DNA of 64,000 nt from an uncultured virus (IMG/VR IMGVR_UViG_3300026191_000001) (lineage: Duplodnaviria; Heunggongvirae; Uroviricota; Caudoviricetes). The stretch covers positions 1-64,000 of the IMG/VR virus record IMGVR_UViG_3300026191_000001; one strand, 5' to 3'. Made by a program: the position numbers and the translations under genes. The first letter of the stretch is position 1. The number at the start of each line of letters is the position of its first letter. The notes beneath the pieces are model-generated. The model ran no database searches. It was not told where the DNA came from and was given only the letters and a program-made list of their open reading frames with translations. Shown here in pieces: positions 30,564-39,677 of this stretch.

Positions 30564-31199
30564 TCAATAAAGCGCTAGGATAGTTTTTAAATCGTGGTGT
30601 CTTGCCTGAACTCTCGTTCCTGTTACCGCTTCAAAATGATTTAAGGGTAAACGGTACTTCCTAGCAAAGTACTGGCAATATTCACTACGCTTAACAAGAT
30701 ACTTTTGGTAACGGTCACCTTTAATCTCTTCAGGCCTACGCTCTCCATAGACACTTTCAAAGTAACTATAAACGTGTGCCGGAAGATGCCAATATCTTGA
30801 GGGGTAGTGAAACATAGGGTTCGCCCAATTCAGCGTTTCACTATCCATCGTCTTTTGTTTTCCTAGTGGCCAGAGCGGATAAGTTATCAATAAGTAATCA
30901 GGATAAAGTAAACACCACATCATTTTACTTACCTGAATATTTATCTTTTGGCCTTTCACATCGATAACTAGACGAGACTTTTCAAGTCCCGTCTCTAGGT
31001 TCCCCCAAGTCTTCACATGCCAGAAGTCTTCTCGCGCTAACTTAAGTTCCTCATCCCAGTCTAAATCAGGGAACTTATTCTCAACATACGCTTTCAGCTT
31101 TTTGTAAATAAGGTGAACGAAAGGCGCATCGAAAGACTTATCCCAGTAGAACAAGCTACGCTGTAATCGAAAAACATTATCACGACGTAGCTGGGCCAT
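30564..31199 (-). CDS. Hypothetical protein
   Basis: TAATG-coupled to the ligase stop. Confidence 0.6.
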   Translation of the reverse strand: MAQLRRDNVFRLQRSLFYWDKSFDAPFVHLIYKKLKAYVENKFPDLDWDEELKLAREDFWHVKTWGNLETGLEKSRLVIDVKGQKINIQVSKMMWCLLYPDYLLITYPLWPLGKQKTMDSETLNWANPMFHYPSRYWHLPAHVYSYFESVYGERRPEEIKGDRYQKYLVKRSEYCQYFARKYRLPLNHFEAVTGTRVQARHHDLKTILALY

Positions 31200-32374
31200 T
31201 ACAGGTCCTCACGAATACGGGAATTAGTAACATGACAAGGCTTACCTTCTTTGGTGTAGCCAAACGAGAACACCGTGAGTTTCTTACCGATATTCTTATG
31301 ACCGTTCATGGCGTGTTCATGCTTTTCGTGAGCATCCCCAGGCGCCGTAACATCAAAGGTTTTACCGTCTTCTGTCTGACATACATAAATACCTACTTCG
31401 GTACCTAGGCGCTTATTAGGCTTACCTTTACGGACCCCAATAATTTCAAACTCTGCGTCTTCTTCGTCCTTACGCTTCATCAAAGATGCACTGCGTTTAT
31501 CCGTTTCGTAGGATGCGTCACCTTGGCGAACCATCGTGCCTTCATAGCCGTTAGAGGTCCAAAAATCATGATATTTGTCGATACCAGCTTGATCATCGAC
31601 TTTGTAACACGCCGTTAAGCATAGGGTAGGGTAAGAGCTTTCGGTTATACGAGCGTCCAAGTAATTAAATCTATCAGCGTAAGGAAGACCAAGAACAACA
31701 TCATAAATATTGTACGAAAGGTATTTACTGTCTTCTTGTGGCTTCTTGATAAGACTAGAAATATTTTCAAAGGCTTTACCGTGTGCATAGAGCTCACCAT
31801 CCAACGTTGTACCATCCCAAATGCCTCTATCATAAAGAAACTGTAAACGTTCCATAACGTGAACAACCGTGATTGGCTTTCCGCCACGAGAGTAAAGGAA
31901 CACCTTTTCATCTTGTATGGTTGCTAAGCAACGGTGGCCATCCATTTTAGGCTGAACAAATACAGGGAATTCCCAGTCTTTTACTTTATCAATCGGTTGG
32001 GCCAACATCGGTTTAACCAAGCCTAAGGCATTGGTGACCGCTGCACCTTCCTCCGGTTGGTCTTCAACATAGCCTTTATCCAGTTGTTTTTTGACTTTGC
32101 TTTGCGCTTCAAACACGGCTTGCATAATTGGCGTGGTTTCATTGCTGCGACCAATATTCTTGCCTTCAGTGTAATCCGTAGGTGTTTCGACACCTTTGCC
32201 ACCTAAGACCTTGCGAGAGGTTACAAGTGTGGTGGCCGTATCGTCTGGGTTAAGCGTAACCTTGATATGCCACGAACCTACTTTTCCGCCCGAATGGACT
32301 TTATAAAGGGTTTGTTCAAAGCGAACGTCGGCATCTAAAGAGGTGGTGCTAGAGGTATTAGCGGGGATATTCAT
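31199..32374 (-). CDS. ATP-dependent DNA ligase
   Basis: QPKMDGHR, LDGELY, YEGTMVR, LMKRK. Confidence 0.93.
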   Translation of the reverse strand: MNIPANTSSTTSLDADVRFEQTLYKVHSGGKVGSWHIKVTLNPDDTATTLVTSRKVLGGKGVETPTDYTEGKNIGRSNETTPIMQAVFEAQSKVKKQLDKGYVEDQPEEGAAVTNALGLVKPMLAQPIDKVKDWEFPVFVQPKMDGHRCLATIQDEKVFLYSRGGKPITVVHVMERLQFLYDRGIWDGTTLDGELYAHGKAFENISSLIKKPQEDSKYLSYNIYDVVLGLPYADRFNYLDARITESSYPTLCLTACYKVDDQAGIDKYHDFWTSNGYEGTMVRQGDASYETDKRSASLMKRKDEEDAEFEIIGVRKGKPNKRLGTEVGIYVCQTEDGKTFDVTAPGDAHEKHEHAMNGHKNIGKKLTVFSFGYTKEGKPCHVTNSRIREDL

Positions 32375-32419
32375 ATCGTCAATTTCCAAATTTTAAAGTT
32401 AAGCCCGTAGGCGGAGTTA

Positions 32420-32448
32420 AAACTACGCTTTCAACTTTGGTATATCAA
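32420..32448 (-). promoter_or_regulatory. Sigma70-type promoter for the replication arm
   Basis: TTGATA-17-TAGTTT upstream of the ligase. Confidence 0.5.
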
Positions 32449-32470
32449 GTTAAAAACGAAGTTACGCTGC

Positions 32471-32495
32471 AAAAACACAATTTATTTGTGTTTTT
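32471..32495. promoter_or_regulatory. Palindromic operator AAAAACACAA-N5-TTGTGTTTTT
   Basis: Perfect 10-bp arms; related sites at 46421-46443 and 49526-49550. Confidence 0.65.
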
Positions 32496-32603
32496 AATAT
32501 TTATTAAAAAATTCTGCTTTCTTTAATTTATTTAATTGGTTAGAATTTGTTCGTTTTGTTTTGTAGTAAAAGATTTACAGTATGGCCTTGATGGAGTACA
32601 GCC

Positions 32604-32924
32604 GTGTCTAAGAAAATTGACGATAATATAGAACCACCCTGGGAGCTAGAGCGTCGTAGGCGAATAGCTCGAAAGTTTAAAAACATGCGCCAGAATTATC
32701 GATTGACGCAAGAAGAACTCGCTATTGCTGCGGACGTTCACAAGAATACTATTTCAAATGCCGAGCGATACGGCAAAATTTCCACAGAAGAATTCTACAA
32801 ATACCAACAAATTGCAAAACGCGCTCACATGAAGAAGGGACTCGGTGCGGTAGTGAGTAAAATTACCTTATCGGATATCCCATTCTCGGATTTTAAAAGA
32901 TTCTTAGCGACGTTTTGGGAGTAA
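32604..32924 (+). CDS. XRE HTH regulator, repressor candidate
   Basis: LTQEELAIAADVHKNTISNAERYG; divergent from the replication arm; GGAG RBS. Confidence 0.85.
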   Translation: MSKKIDDNIEPPWELERRRRIARKFKNMRQNYRLTQEELAIAADVHKNTISNAERYGKISTEEFYKYQQIAKRAHMKKGLGAVVSKITLSDIPFSDFKRFLATFWE

Positions 32925-32928
32925 TTTT

Positions 32929-33687
32929 ATGTACCGTCACTTCTTTAAAACCTACGGCTTACGGTTCGCGCTTTTCGTTACGGCCCTACTTATCTTTACG
33001 GCTGTTTTAAACAACTTCCTTGTGGAAGGGAAATGGCAACTAAACTCACTGTCCGATATGCTCAGCTACTACGCGGTGATGTTTTCATGCGTTATCTTAG
33101 CTGGCGTAATGGTTAAGGGTTTCAATAATCGTATCGTTTTGGCTTTGATCATAATTGCTTCAATCTCTGAACAGGCGATTGCCAGCCTAATGTTTACGCT
33201 AAGTCCTACACTCCATACCGCTATTGCCATGATTTATGTGCCAGGTATTCTAACCATGGTGATGTACCAGTATCGGGTTAAGTTCCAGTTTTGGGTAGCG
33301 AACCAACTTATTAGGTCTGAAAGATTTAGAGAAGCTGGATTCAAATTGCTGGATAAAACTGAAGACACAAACCTAGGTACATGGTTATGTATGGTGTATA
33401 AGTTGTGCTGGTTTATCTGTTTTGCTATTGCGGTTTACTACCACATATTCACGATACATTTTGGTATTCATGAGACAGGCCCACTACTTTATGGTTATCG
33501 TCTCGTTGATATTGAGTACGCGCTACACTTACCTAGCTTCTATTTCCTGTTTAATATCGTCTTTATTACCCAGACTATTATGTTGCTTATGTTGTTGTTC
33601 CACGCGAGTATTCAAGAGTTCTACGTCAAGGACCTCGCAGGGTCCATACCTAGAAAATTGGAAGTACTATTTAAAAGAGCGGCTTAG
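32929..33687 (+). CDS. Polytopic (~6 TM) membrane protein
   Basis: About six hydrophobic segments; starts 4 nt after the HTH stop, with GGGAG RBS. Confidence 0.75.
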   Translation: MYRHFFKTYGLRFALFVTALLIFTAVLNNFLVEGKWQLNSLSDMLSYYAVMFSCVILAGVMVKGFNNRIVLALIIIASISEQAIASLMFTLSPTLHTAIAMIYVPGILTMVMYQYRVKFQFWVANQLIRSERFREAGFKLLDKTEDTNLGTWLCMVYKLCWFICFAIAVYYHIFTIHFGIHETGPLLYGYRLVDIEYALHLPSFYFLFNIVFITQTIMLLMLLFHASIQEFYVKDLAGSIPRKLEVLFKRAA

Positions 33688-33699
33688 CCGCTCTTTTAA
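33671..33699. terminator. Bidirectional terminator
   Basis: TTAAAAGAGCGGC-TTA-GCCGCTCTTTTAA. Confidence 0.8.
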
Positions 33700-33708
33700 T
33701 TTCTAGAC

Positions 33709-33861
33709 TTAAAAACCAACCGTAGGCTTTTTAGGCTTGAGTGATTCTGTTTTAGGGTTGTCCGCTGGTTTTGGGACAACAACATTACTATCAACATCAG
33801 CCATAGCCATTGTTGAACCCATACCAAGTACTAGCGCGATTGCGAATCCTAATTTTTTCAT
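33709..33861 (-). CDS. 50-aa secreted pre-peptide (not in ORF track)
   Basis: MKKLGFAIALVLGMGSTMAMA|DVDSNVVVPKPADNPKTESLKPKKPTVGF; GGAG RBS; classic Sec signal with AMA cleavage site. Confidence 0.8.
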   Translation of the reverse strand: MKKLGFAIALVLGMGSTMAMADVDSNVVVPKPADNPKTESLKPKKPTVGF

Positions 33862-33904
33862 TGTGTTTCTCCATAAGAGGTTTGGTTGTTTCTATGGAGT
33901 TAAT

Positions 33905-33920
33905 TGCAAAGCATGTGCCT
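33905..33920 (-). promoter_or_regulatory. Sigma54-type -24/-12 promoter for the peptide gene
   Basis: AGGCACATGCTTTGCA versus consensus TGGCAC-N5-TTGCW, with exact GG-N10-GC spacing. Confidence 0.6.
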
Positions 33921-34013
33921 AAACGAAAGTCTAAGAGTTTTAGACCGTTTCAAGCTATAAGGAGTGATATAAGAGGCGAAATGTTGCCTAACTGCGGCAA
34001 CATTTCGATATCA

Positions 34014-34853
34014 CTATAACAGTATTGGTAGTTCTGTTGCCAGTTCCCGACGTTTTAGCAGTGGGACTTGGTTTTTTATCCAAATCTTAATTTTTTGAAT
34101 CCGACTGCCAGCACGCTCTTTTTTATGGTTCTCTACTATCGATAAAGCTTCTAATAACGCCCATCCTTCACCGTCAGGGCCAACGTAACCCCAGCAAGAA
34201 TCATCAATGTCGTTACCTTCGATAACATAACCATACACATCCCCTTCTAAATAGGCGGCGTAGGTTTTAACTTCGCTATCCAAGAATTCAAAGACCTTTT
34301 GAATACGTTCTTTTGTTAACCGCTTAAAACCATACTCTTCACGAGCTTTTTCTTTGGTAACGTAGATAAAACCGACTTGGCCAGAGTCCCAAGAACACGA
34401 GAAACCCCCTGTATTCATCGTTATTCCAGAATGGTCGTACAGGTAGAGTGGGAGGATGAAGTAGTATTTATCAAGTCGCGCTTCAATCTTCGCCTCAACC
34501 AGTTCTTGGTAATCTTTAGTCCCTTGGGCATCCCAATTTGTTGAAGGCCAGTTATGTTCTAGTCTTTCCAACATCGCCTCAAATCCTGGCTCAACTTCTT
34601 CTACCATACCGATACGATAGTCTTGGTAGCTTACTGAAGGTTGTTCGTCACCTAAATTGTATCTACTATGCCAGCACACCATTGTGCCCACGTTATCCCA
34701 CTCACGAGGGCTTTCAGCATCCCCATCACGCTCGATTTTAATTGTTATATCTTTTATTTGAGTCTCAGACTCACCAATTAGATCAAGGGTGTTAAAGTCT
34801 AGGCTTAACTTCTGGCAGTTTGCCTTTAGTTGTTTTGATAGTTCAGGGTGCAT
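34014..34853 (-). CDS. Hypothetical phage protein
   Basis: YLYDHSG..WDSGQVGFIY..DSCWGY; start motif. Confidence 0.7.
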   Translation of the reverse strand: MHPELSKQLKANCQKLSLDFNTLDLIGESETQIKDITIKIERDGDAESPREWDNVGTMVCWHSRYNLGDEQPSVSYQDYRIGMVEEVEPGFEAMLERLEHNWPSTNWDAQGTKDYQELVEAKIEARLDKYYFILPLYLYDHSGITMNTGGFSCSWDSGQVGFIYVTKEKAREEYGFKRLTKERIQKVFEFLDSEVKTYAAYLEGDVYGYVIEGNDIDDSCWGYVGPDGEGWALLEALSIVENHKKERAGSRIQKIKIWIKNQVPLLKRRELATELPILL

Positions 34854-34910
34854 CGTCAATCTCCAACAAGTTAATTTCAAGAGGGGGAGAACATTCCCCC
34901 TTTCAGGGTT

Positions 34911-35261
34911 TTAAATTTCGCAACTGGGCTGGGCGTCATGCCAAGCTTCAAAAACTCGTAAACGAATCGCTTCAGGTATTTCTACCTTGTCTGCACAGCT
35001 CGTTATATATGAGTCTGCTCTCATGTTTTCAGTGAACACGAACAAGGTAGGCTTCAACGAGTTTCGGGCTCTAGACGCTGCCCCCATATCAATATTGTTA
35101 TCAATAAAAACCACTTGGGGGTCTATTTCGTTGAGGTGAGCTTCAATGAACTCTTTCAGGCTAGGGTTAATCAAGCTCATGTAAGCTCGAACGCAATAGC
35201 CTATGAAAGCACTGTTGATCTCTTCAAGAATTGCTTTAGTGTCCGCGGTACTAATTTGCAT
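34911..35261 (-). CDS. Hypothetical protein
   Basis: Start motif. Confidence 0.6.
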   Translation of the reverse strand: MQISTADTKAILEEINSAFIGYCVRAYMSLINPSLKEFIEAHLNEIDPQVVFIDNNIDMGAASRARNSLKPTLFVFTENMRADSYITSCADKVEIPEAIRLRVFEAWHDAQPSCEI

Positions 35262-35463
35262 CGTCAATTTCCTTCTGTGAACTAGTGAAGAACTCTTCAC
35301 TAGTTAAATTACGGATATCTACAATTTGTTGTTGTAGTCTCTGTATTGCTTCGTTCTTAGCACGGTTTAGTGTTTTCTCCCCCGTCTCATAAGGTCGAGG
35401 AATAAAGTAACCAGCAAGAATTTCTTTTGTCCGAAGCAGGGTGCCTAGGTCTTTACCACTCAT
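35251..35463 (-). CDS. Hypothetical protein
   Basis: ATGA overlap. Confidence 0.55.
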   Translation of the reverse strand: MSGKDLGTLLRTKEILAGYFIPRPYETGEKTLNRAKNEAIQRLQQQIVDIRNLTSEEFFTSSQKEIDDAN

Positions 35464-35897
35464 TCGCTGTCCCATCCCCAGTTACGCGCTTCAGGGCAGA
35501 CTTCTTCTCGGGTTACTGCGCTGTCCGTGTAATTATTGAACCACTCCGCTAAAGCCGTTTCGTCGAGTTCGGCTAACGTGTCCCACTCATAGACAGTGGT
35601 GCTTTCCTGCTCGAGGTAGAAACCGTTCTCTTTGATATACTCTTTGCAGTGTTCAATCCATTCGTCCCAGTCTGAAATCCAGTCCATTTCTTCGAAATCT
35701 AGGCACCAATCCCCCATAACGTTACCGTTAGAGTCTAAAAACGCTCCGGAGCAGCCTTCAATTGGCGCATCATCACCGATACTATCTATTACTTTCTGTA
35801 GGGCTTTCTTTATTTCACTCGCTGCCCCTTCGGTGGTAGATAGCGCGTCGTCCCCGCTTTCAATGTTTATTTCTAATTTTGTGTTTGATACTCGCAT
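35460..35897 (-). CDS. Acidic hypothetical protein
   Basis: Start motif; strongly D/E-rich. Confidence 0.65.
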   Translation of the reverse strand: MRVSNTKLEINIESGDDALSTTEGAASEIKKALQKVIDSIGDDAPIEGCSGAFLDSNGNVMGDWCLDFEEMDWISDWDEWIEHCKEYIKENGFYLEQESTTVYEWDTLAELDETALAEWFNNYTDSAVTREEVCPEARNWGWDSE

Positions 35898-35952
35898 CGT
35901 CAATTTCCTAAGTTAATTTCAAGAAGGGGGGGAGAACATTCCCCCCTAAGAT

Positions 35953-36144
35953 TTAAACCAATACCCAGTGGCCGTAATAGAGTTCGTCACCAAATTCCGT
36001 TTCTACTCGGCCCTCCATGTGCTCATCACAAATGTAATTTGTGATTTCGGGTAAGCATCGGCATGTGAGTAGTCGGTCAACATCCGCAGCTACCTTTCGT
36101 TTAGGATGCTTCTTCATCACCCACTCAACTTTTAAAATAGCCAT
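35953..36144 (-). CDS. Hypothetical protein
   Basis: Operon ORF with GAGG RBS. Confidence 0.5.
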   Translation of the reverse strand: MAILKVEWVMKKHPKRKVAADVDRLLTCRCLPEITNYICDEHMEGRVETEFGDELYYGHWVLV

Positions 36145-36146
36145 GG

Positions 36147-36764
36147 CTAACCCTCATACCGCACGATTTTCGTGAACACCTTACAGGTGCTAAACGTGTC
36201 GCTGGGTAACGTCTCGACTTCCTCGTAACTGGGGTGGTCGAACGACGTTGGTACCACCGCAATAAGTACCCCCGTGAAGCGGAGTAACTTGCGTGCGGCC
36301 TCCATATGCTTTTTTACCTGTTTGAACGGGGGGTTCATTATGATCTTTTCATAACGATACCCCGCGTTGTAACGAGCCTCGGCCCAGCTAAGAAAGTCTT
36401 CATGATGCACCAAGGGGACAGCCCCCTCGCAATCGGTACTACAAAAACGCTGTAACAAAGCTTCAACCAACGAGTATTCACGCTCAACAATCGTAATAAG
36501 GTCAGCATCATGCCCCTCGGCTTTAACAGCCTGAACCAAATTACCGGTACCCCCCGAAGGTTCTAGAACATGATCGTCGGATTCCAACTCCAACAGCTCG
36601 ACCATACGCTCCGCCACATCATAGGGCGTAACGTGGCATTCCGTTGAGGCATGAACAACGACAGGCTTTGGGGCCTCGGAGAACTCGATAGGCTCGAGTT
36701 CTACTTTTTCCGGTGCCGTAACATGCTTGGGTTTATTGGGTCTTACATACACTGATGAATCCAT
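36147..36764 (-). CDS. Amino-methyltransferase (N6-adenine type)
   Basis: VLEPSGGTGNL, IIMNPPF. Confidence 0.85.
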   Translation of the reverse strand: MDSSVYVRPNKPKHVTAPEKVELEPIEFSEAPKPVVVHASTECHVTPYDVAERMVELLELESDDHVLEPSGGTGNLVQAVKAEGHDADLITIVEREYSLVEALLQRFCSTDCEGAVPLVHHEDFLSWAEARYNAGYRYEKIIMNPPFKQVKKHMEAARKLLRFTGVLIAVVPTSFDHPSYEEVETLPSDTFSTCKVFTKIVRYEG

Positions 36765-38149
36765 TAGGCTGTCTCCACTTCCACATACTCAAGAGCCGTT
36801 GAATTCGGCGCGGCGTGCGTCTTTGAGTCCGTTAGGTAAACCACAGCCCAGTTAGAGTTCCAATGGTCACCTCCTGCAGGAACCTGCTTACATACCTTGA
36901 CTCTGAACAGACCACAGGTACTCGGCTTAACCCCACGGTAATCACTATAAATAGCGCTGTACTCCGCTTTCGTCATTGAGACGATAGGGTACTTGTGTGC
37001 GCTGCCCCACATTTTCACCGTCACGCTTTTTACTTCTTCCGGTGACAGGTTAACAATTGGGGGAGCCTTCGGCTTAGGGACCGGTACTTCATAGCCCACC
37101 TCATACATCAGGTCGCGCCATTCCAATTCTTCCAGTTCCAGTGTCGAACCTGTACCAATGTGGATAGGTAAGTCGTTGTCACACTCCACAATCCAACCAA
37201 CGTCAGATTTGGTCGCTTTAGGTTTATCCGCGCCGTGTGTTCTAAGGAACGTTTGCAATACAGGGGCGGTAAGCTTACCGGTAAAATATTCAACTTCCCC
37301 CAACTGAGCCCGTTCGTAAGTAAGACGGTTCAAGATATGGTTTATCTTGCGGTGTAAGTTCTGGTCGTTCTTACGCTTGGTACCTAGCTCAATATTGGCG
37401 TCGATAATTTCCGATAAAGGTTTCTTATCTTCCTTAATGTCGCGGTAACTATCTGAGATACAGATATCCCAACGGTAATTCGCAATCATCAAAGCAAACT
37501 CTTTTTGCTTATCGGCATCCTCCATCCCTTTGCAGCGTTCCCAAAGAGATAAGCAATCCCCTGCAGCGTGCAAATAGCGTTGTTGCTTTCGCAAGTCCGT
37601 GAGTAACGTTTTAATACGTCTATAAATAACGTCAGGGCGATTTTTGTGGTTAGCATGAGCAATGGTGCCCATCATGCGCCAGTTCCAATATCGGACCGCT
37701 GAGCTGGCTTCTTTGGCGCGTTCTTCGTTACGCTCTTGGGCTTCTTGCGCTTTCTGCATTTTACGCTGGCTGTGATGGCCCATTAGAATAGGTTGATCAC
37801 CAAATTGCATATTGTTAGCCGCAGCACTAAAACCTCGTGCTTGGTCAGCACGCTTTTCAGCAAGAGCCCTTAATCGCTCAGCCTTAGCTTCTGCACGCTC
37901 GGCCATCGTCGTGTCTTCAGGTTCAATAGTGCCGGCCAAGCGAATACATAAATCTTCCGCTTGAGGCGACCAAGAAGGTTTCACGAAAAGTTCTTGTTTT
38001 GGTGCCCAACCAAAGCCCAGTTCCTTAAGCTCGTTGTAAAGGTCTGTATCTAGGCGATTTAGGGGGTAGATACGCAACTTGTTATCTTCTGGTGAGTAAG
38101 TAGCGCGTTCGATATCTTCGTGTTTTGTAGCAATAGTTTGATTAGTCAT
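36764..38149 (-). CDS. DUF3560-like protein
   Basis: ATYSPEDNKLR..ERAEAKAER..GDQPILMGHHS. Confidence 0.7.
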   Translation of the reverse strand: MTNQTIATKHEDIERATYSPEDNKLRIYPLNRLDTDLYNELKELGFGWAPKQELFVKPSWSPQAEDLCIRLAGTIEPEDTTMAERAEAKAERLRALAEKRADQARGFSAAANNMQFGDQPILMGHHSQRKMQKAQEAQERNEERAKEASSAVRYWNWRMMGTIAHANHKNRPDVIYRRIKTLLTDLRKQQRYLHAAGDCLSLWERCKGMEDADKQKEFALMIANYRWDICISDSYRDIKEDKKPLSEIIDANIELGTKRKNDQNLHRKINHILNRLTYERAQLGEVEYFTGKLTAPVLQTFLRTHGADKPKATKSDVGWIVECDNDLPIHIGTGSTLELEELEWRDLMYEVGYEVPVPKPKAPPIVNLSPEEVKSVTVKMWGSAHKYPIVSMTKAEYSAIYSDYRGVKPSTCGLFRVKVCKQVPAGGDHWNSNWAVVYLTDSKTHAAPNSTALEYVEVETA

Positions 38150-38281
38150 AATCGTCAATTTCCAAATTGTAAAAGTTAATTTAAAGAGGGGAATTCCCCC
38201 TCGGGTTAAACGGCTGCAACAATCGCTTTTGCTTCAGCCAGGACTTTTTCTTCTTCCGCTAGTTCTTCTTCCGCTGGTTCT

Positions 38282-39085
38282 TCATGCGGCCACCTGTTTA
38301 GTTCGGCCATACGTTTTATGGCGAAGTTCTCGATAACCGTGACTGCTCAAGATATTTTTAGTCTCGGAAGTGATAGACCACGTAGAACAGAACTCAGTGC
38401 GTAGCCCGATACCTTGATAGTCTTTGCGCTGATCACCCGTATTTATCATTCGGTCAACAACCAATAAGTCGTGTGGATACCCCTTCACGAACCATTCGAT
38501 TTTATTGCCGAACTCGGTTAATACGTCTTCAAAAAACATCATGCCTGTGTCGTAGGCCAGCGTGTCTTTGGCAATAACGAAACTATATAGCGCGGCCAGA
38601 AAGATATCGGCATTGGCAATATCGCCACCCCAACGCCAGTCATGGTCTGGATGAGTAAGGGCTCGAGACTGACTTAGAATTATTCGGTGAGGCTGGGCAC
38701 TTAACATCAAGTCAGTTAAAGCTTTCGATAAACTCACACCGCGAGGGACAATAAATTTCTTACTGCTTTGGTGTAGCTTTACACGCCACTTGTGAGCCGT
38801 GCGGTTGCCTAAGTTGATAAGTTTTTCACTCATCATTTGTAACTTTTCTTCCCAGCTCAAAACTGAATACTGCTCGGAATACACACTTACCGCTTGCTTA
38901 AGCTGAAAATCAAATAACTGGCGTAACTTGTCGTGAAGCTCTTCAACGGTACCGGTACCATCTGAGCCAAATCGAGAGGTGTTATCTTCTAAGAACTTTA
39001 CGAAGCGTGGTTGTGTAATCGCGTCGGCAATTACAAACAGCATCGTGGCCGTGGCCTGTTTATTGATACGTTTAACATCAGTCAT
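38282..39085 (-). CDS. Hypothetical protein
   Basis: Start motif. Confidence 0.65.
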   Translation of the reverse strand: MTDVKRINKQATATMLFVIADAITQPRFVKFLEDNTSRFGSDGTGTVEELHDKLRQLFDFQLKQAVSVYSEQYSVLSWEEKLQMMSEKLINLGNRTAHKWRVKLHQSSKKFIVPRGVSLSKALTDLMLSAQPHRIILSQSRALTHPDHDWRWGGDIANADIFLAALYSFVIAKDTLAYDTGMMFFEDVLTEFGNKIEWFVKGYPHDLLVVDRMINTGDQRKDYQGIGLRTEFCSTWSITSETKNILSSHGYRELRHKTYGRTKQVAA

Positions 39086-39144
39086 GATCGTCAATTTCCA
39101 ATTTTAAAAGTTAATTAAGAGGGGGGAATATTCTCCCCCGAGCG

Positions 39145-39423
39145 TTACGACTTTTCAGGTCGTTCGAACTTCTCACCACAATAGCAGCAATGGCTTGCTA
39201 GTATCGTTATTGAATCTTTCTTAAGATTCTTTTGCGGGGTACCGTCTCGCTTCATAGGCCGATACTCGTAGTCAATTTTAGGATTGGTTGGAGCATACTG
39301 ACCTTCCGCAAGCATATAAGCTCGGCCCTGCCATTCGGCTTTAAATTCTTCCACGTTGTCCGGCAATTGCTCTTTAATATGCTCGGTTACTTTTTCCATC
39401 GTTTCTTCAAAACAATTACACAT
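39145..39423 (-). CDS. Small Cys-containing hypothetical protein
   Basis: MCNC..HCCYCG; start motif. Confidence 0.7.
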   Translation of the reverse strand: MCNCFEETMEKVTEHIKEQLPDNVEEFKAEWQGRAYMLAEGQYAPTNPKIDYEYRPMKRDGTPQKNLKKDSITILASHCCYCGEKFERPEKS

Positions 39424-39434
39424 CGTCAATTTCC

Positions 39435-39677
39435 TTAGCTAGCAGCCCGTATCGGGCTATGGGTTGTTACTTCATACCAATCATAGAGCTTCATAGTCTC
39501 TCGACTATAATCTCGCTCCCACGTTCGGCCATTTGCATCTACTAAACAGTAAGGCACTTTACGTCGCTCACACATGCTGTCTGCGTGCTCTTTTGCTTTC
39601 TCAGGATTCGGAGCAAAGAACTCTTGCATACGGCGCTCATGCGTAAACCTGTCGTGATACACCAGTTCGTACTTCAC
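39435..39677 (-). CDS. Hypothetical protein
   Basis: Operon ORF. Confidence 0.55.
   Translation of the reverse strand: MKYELVYHDRFTHERRMQEFFAPNPEKAKEHADSMCERRKVPYCLVDANGRTWERDYSRETMKLYDWYEVTTHSPIRAAS

Noticed and set aside
33737..34019. Plus-strand ORFs 33737-33922 and 33810-34019
   Set aside because: Shadows of the minus-strand peptide gene and its promoter; they lie beyond the terminator and lack an RBS.
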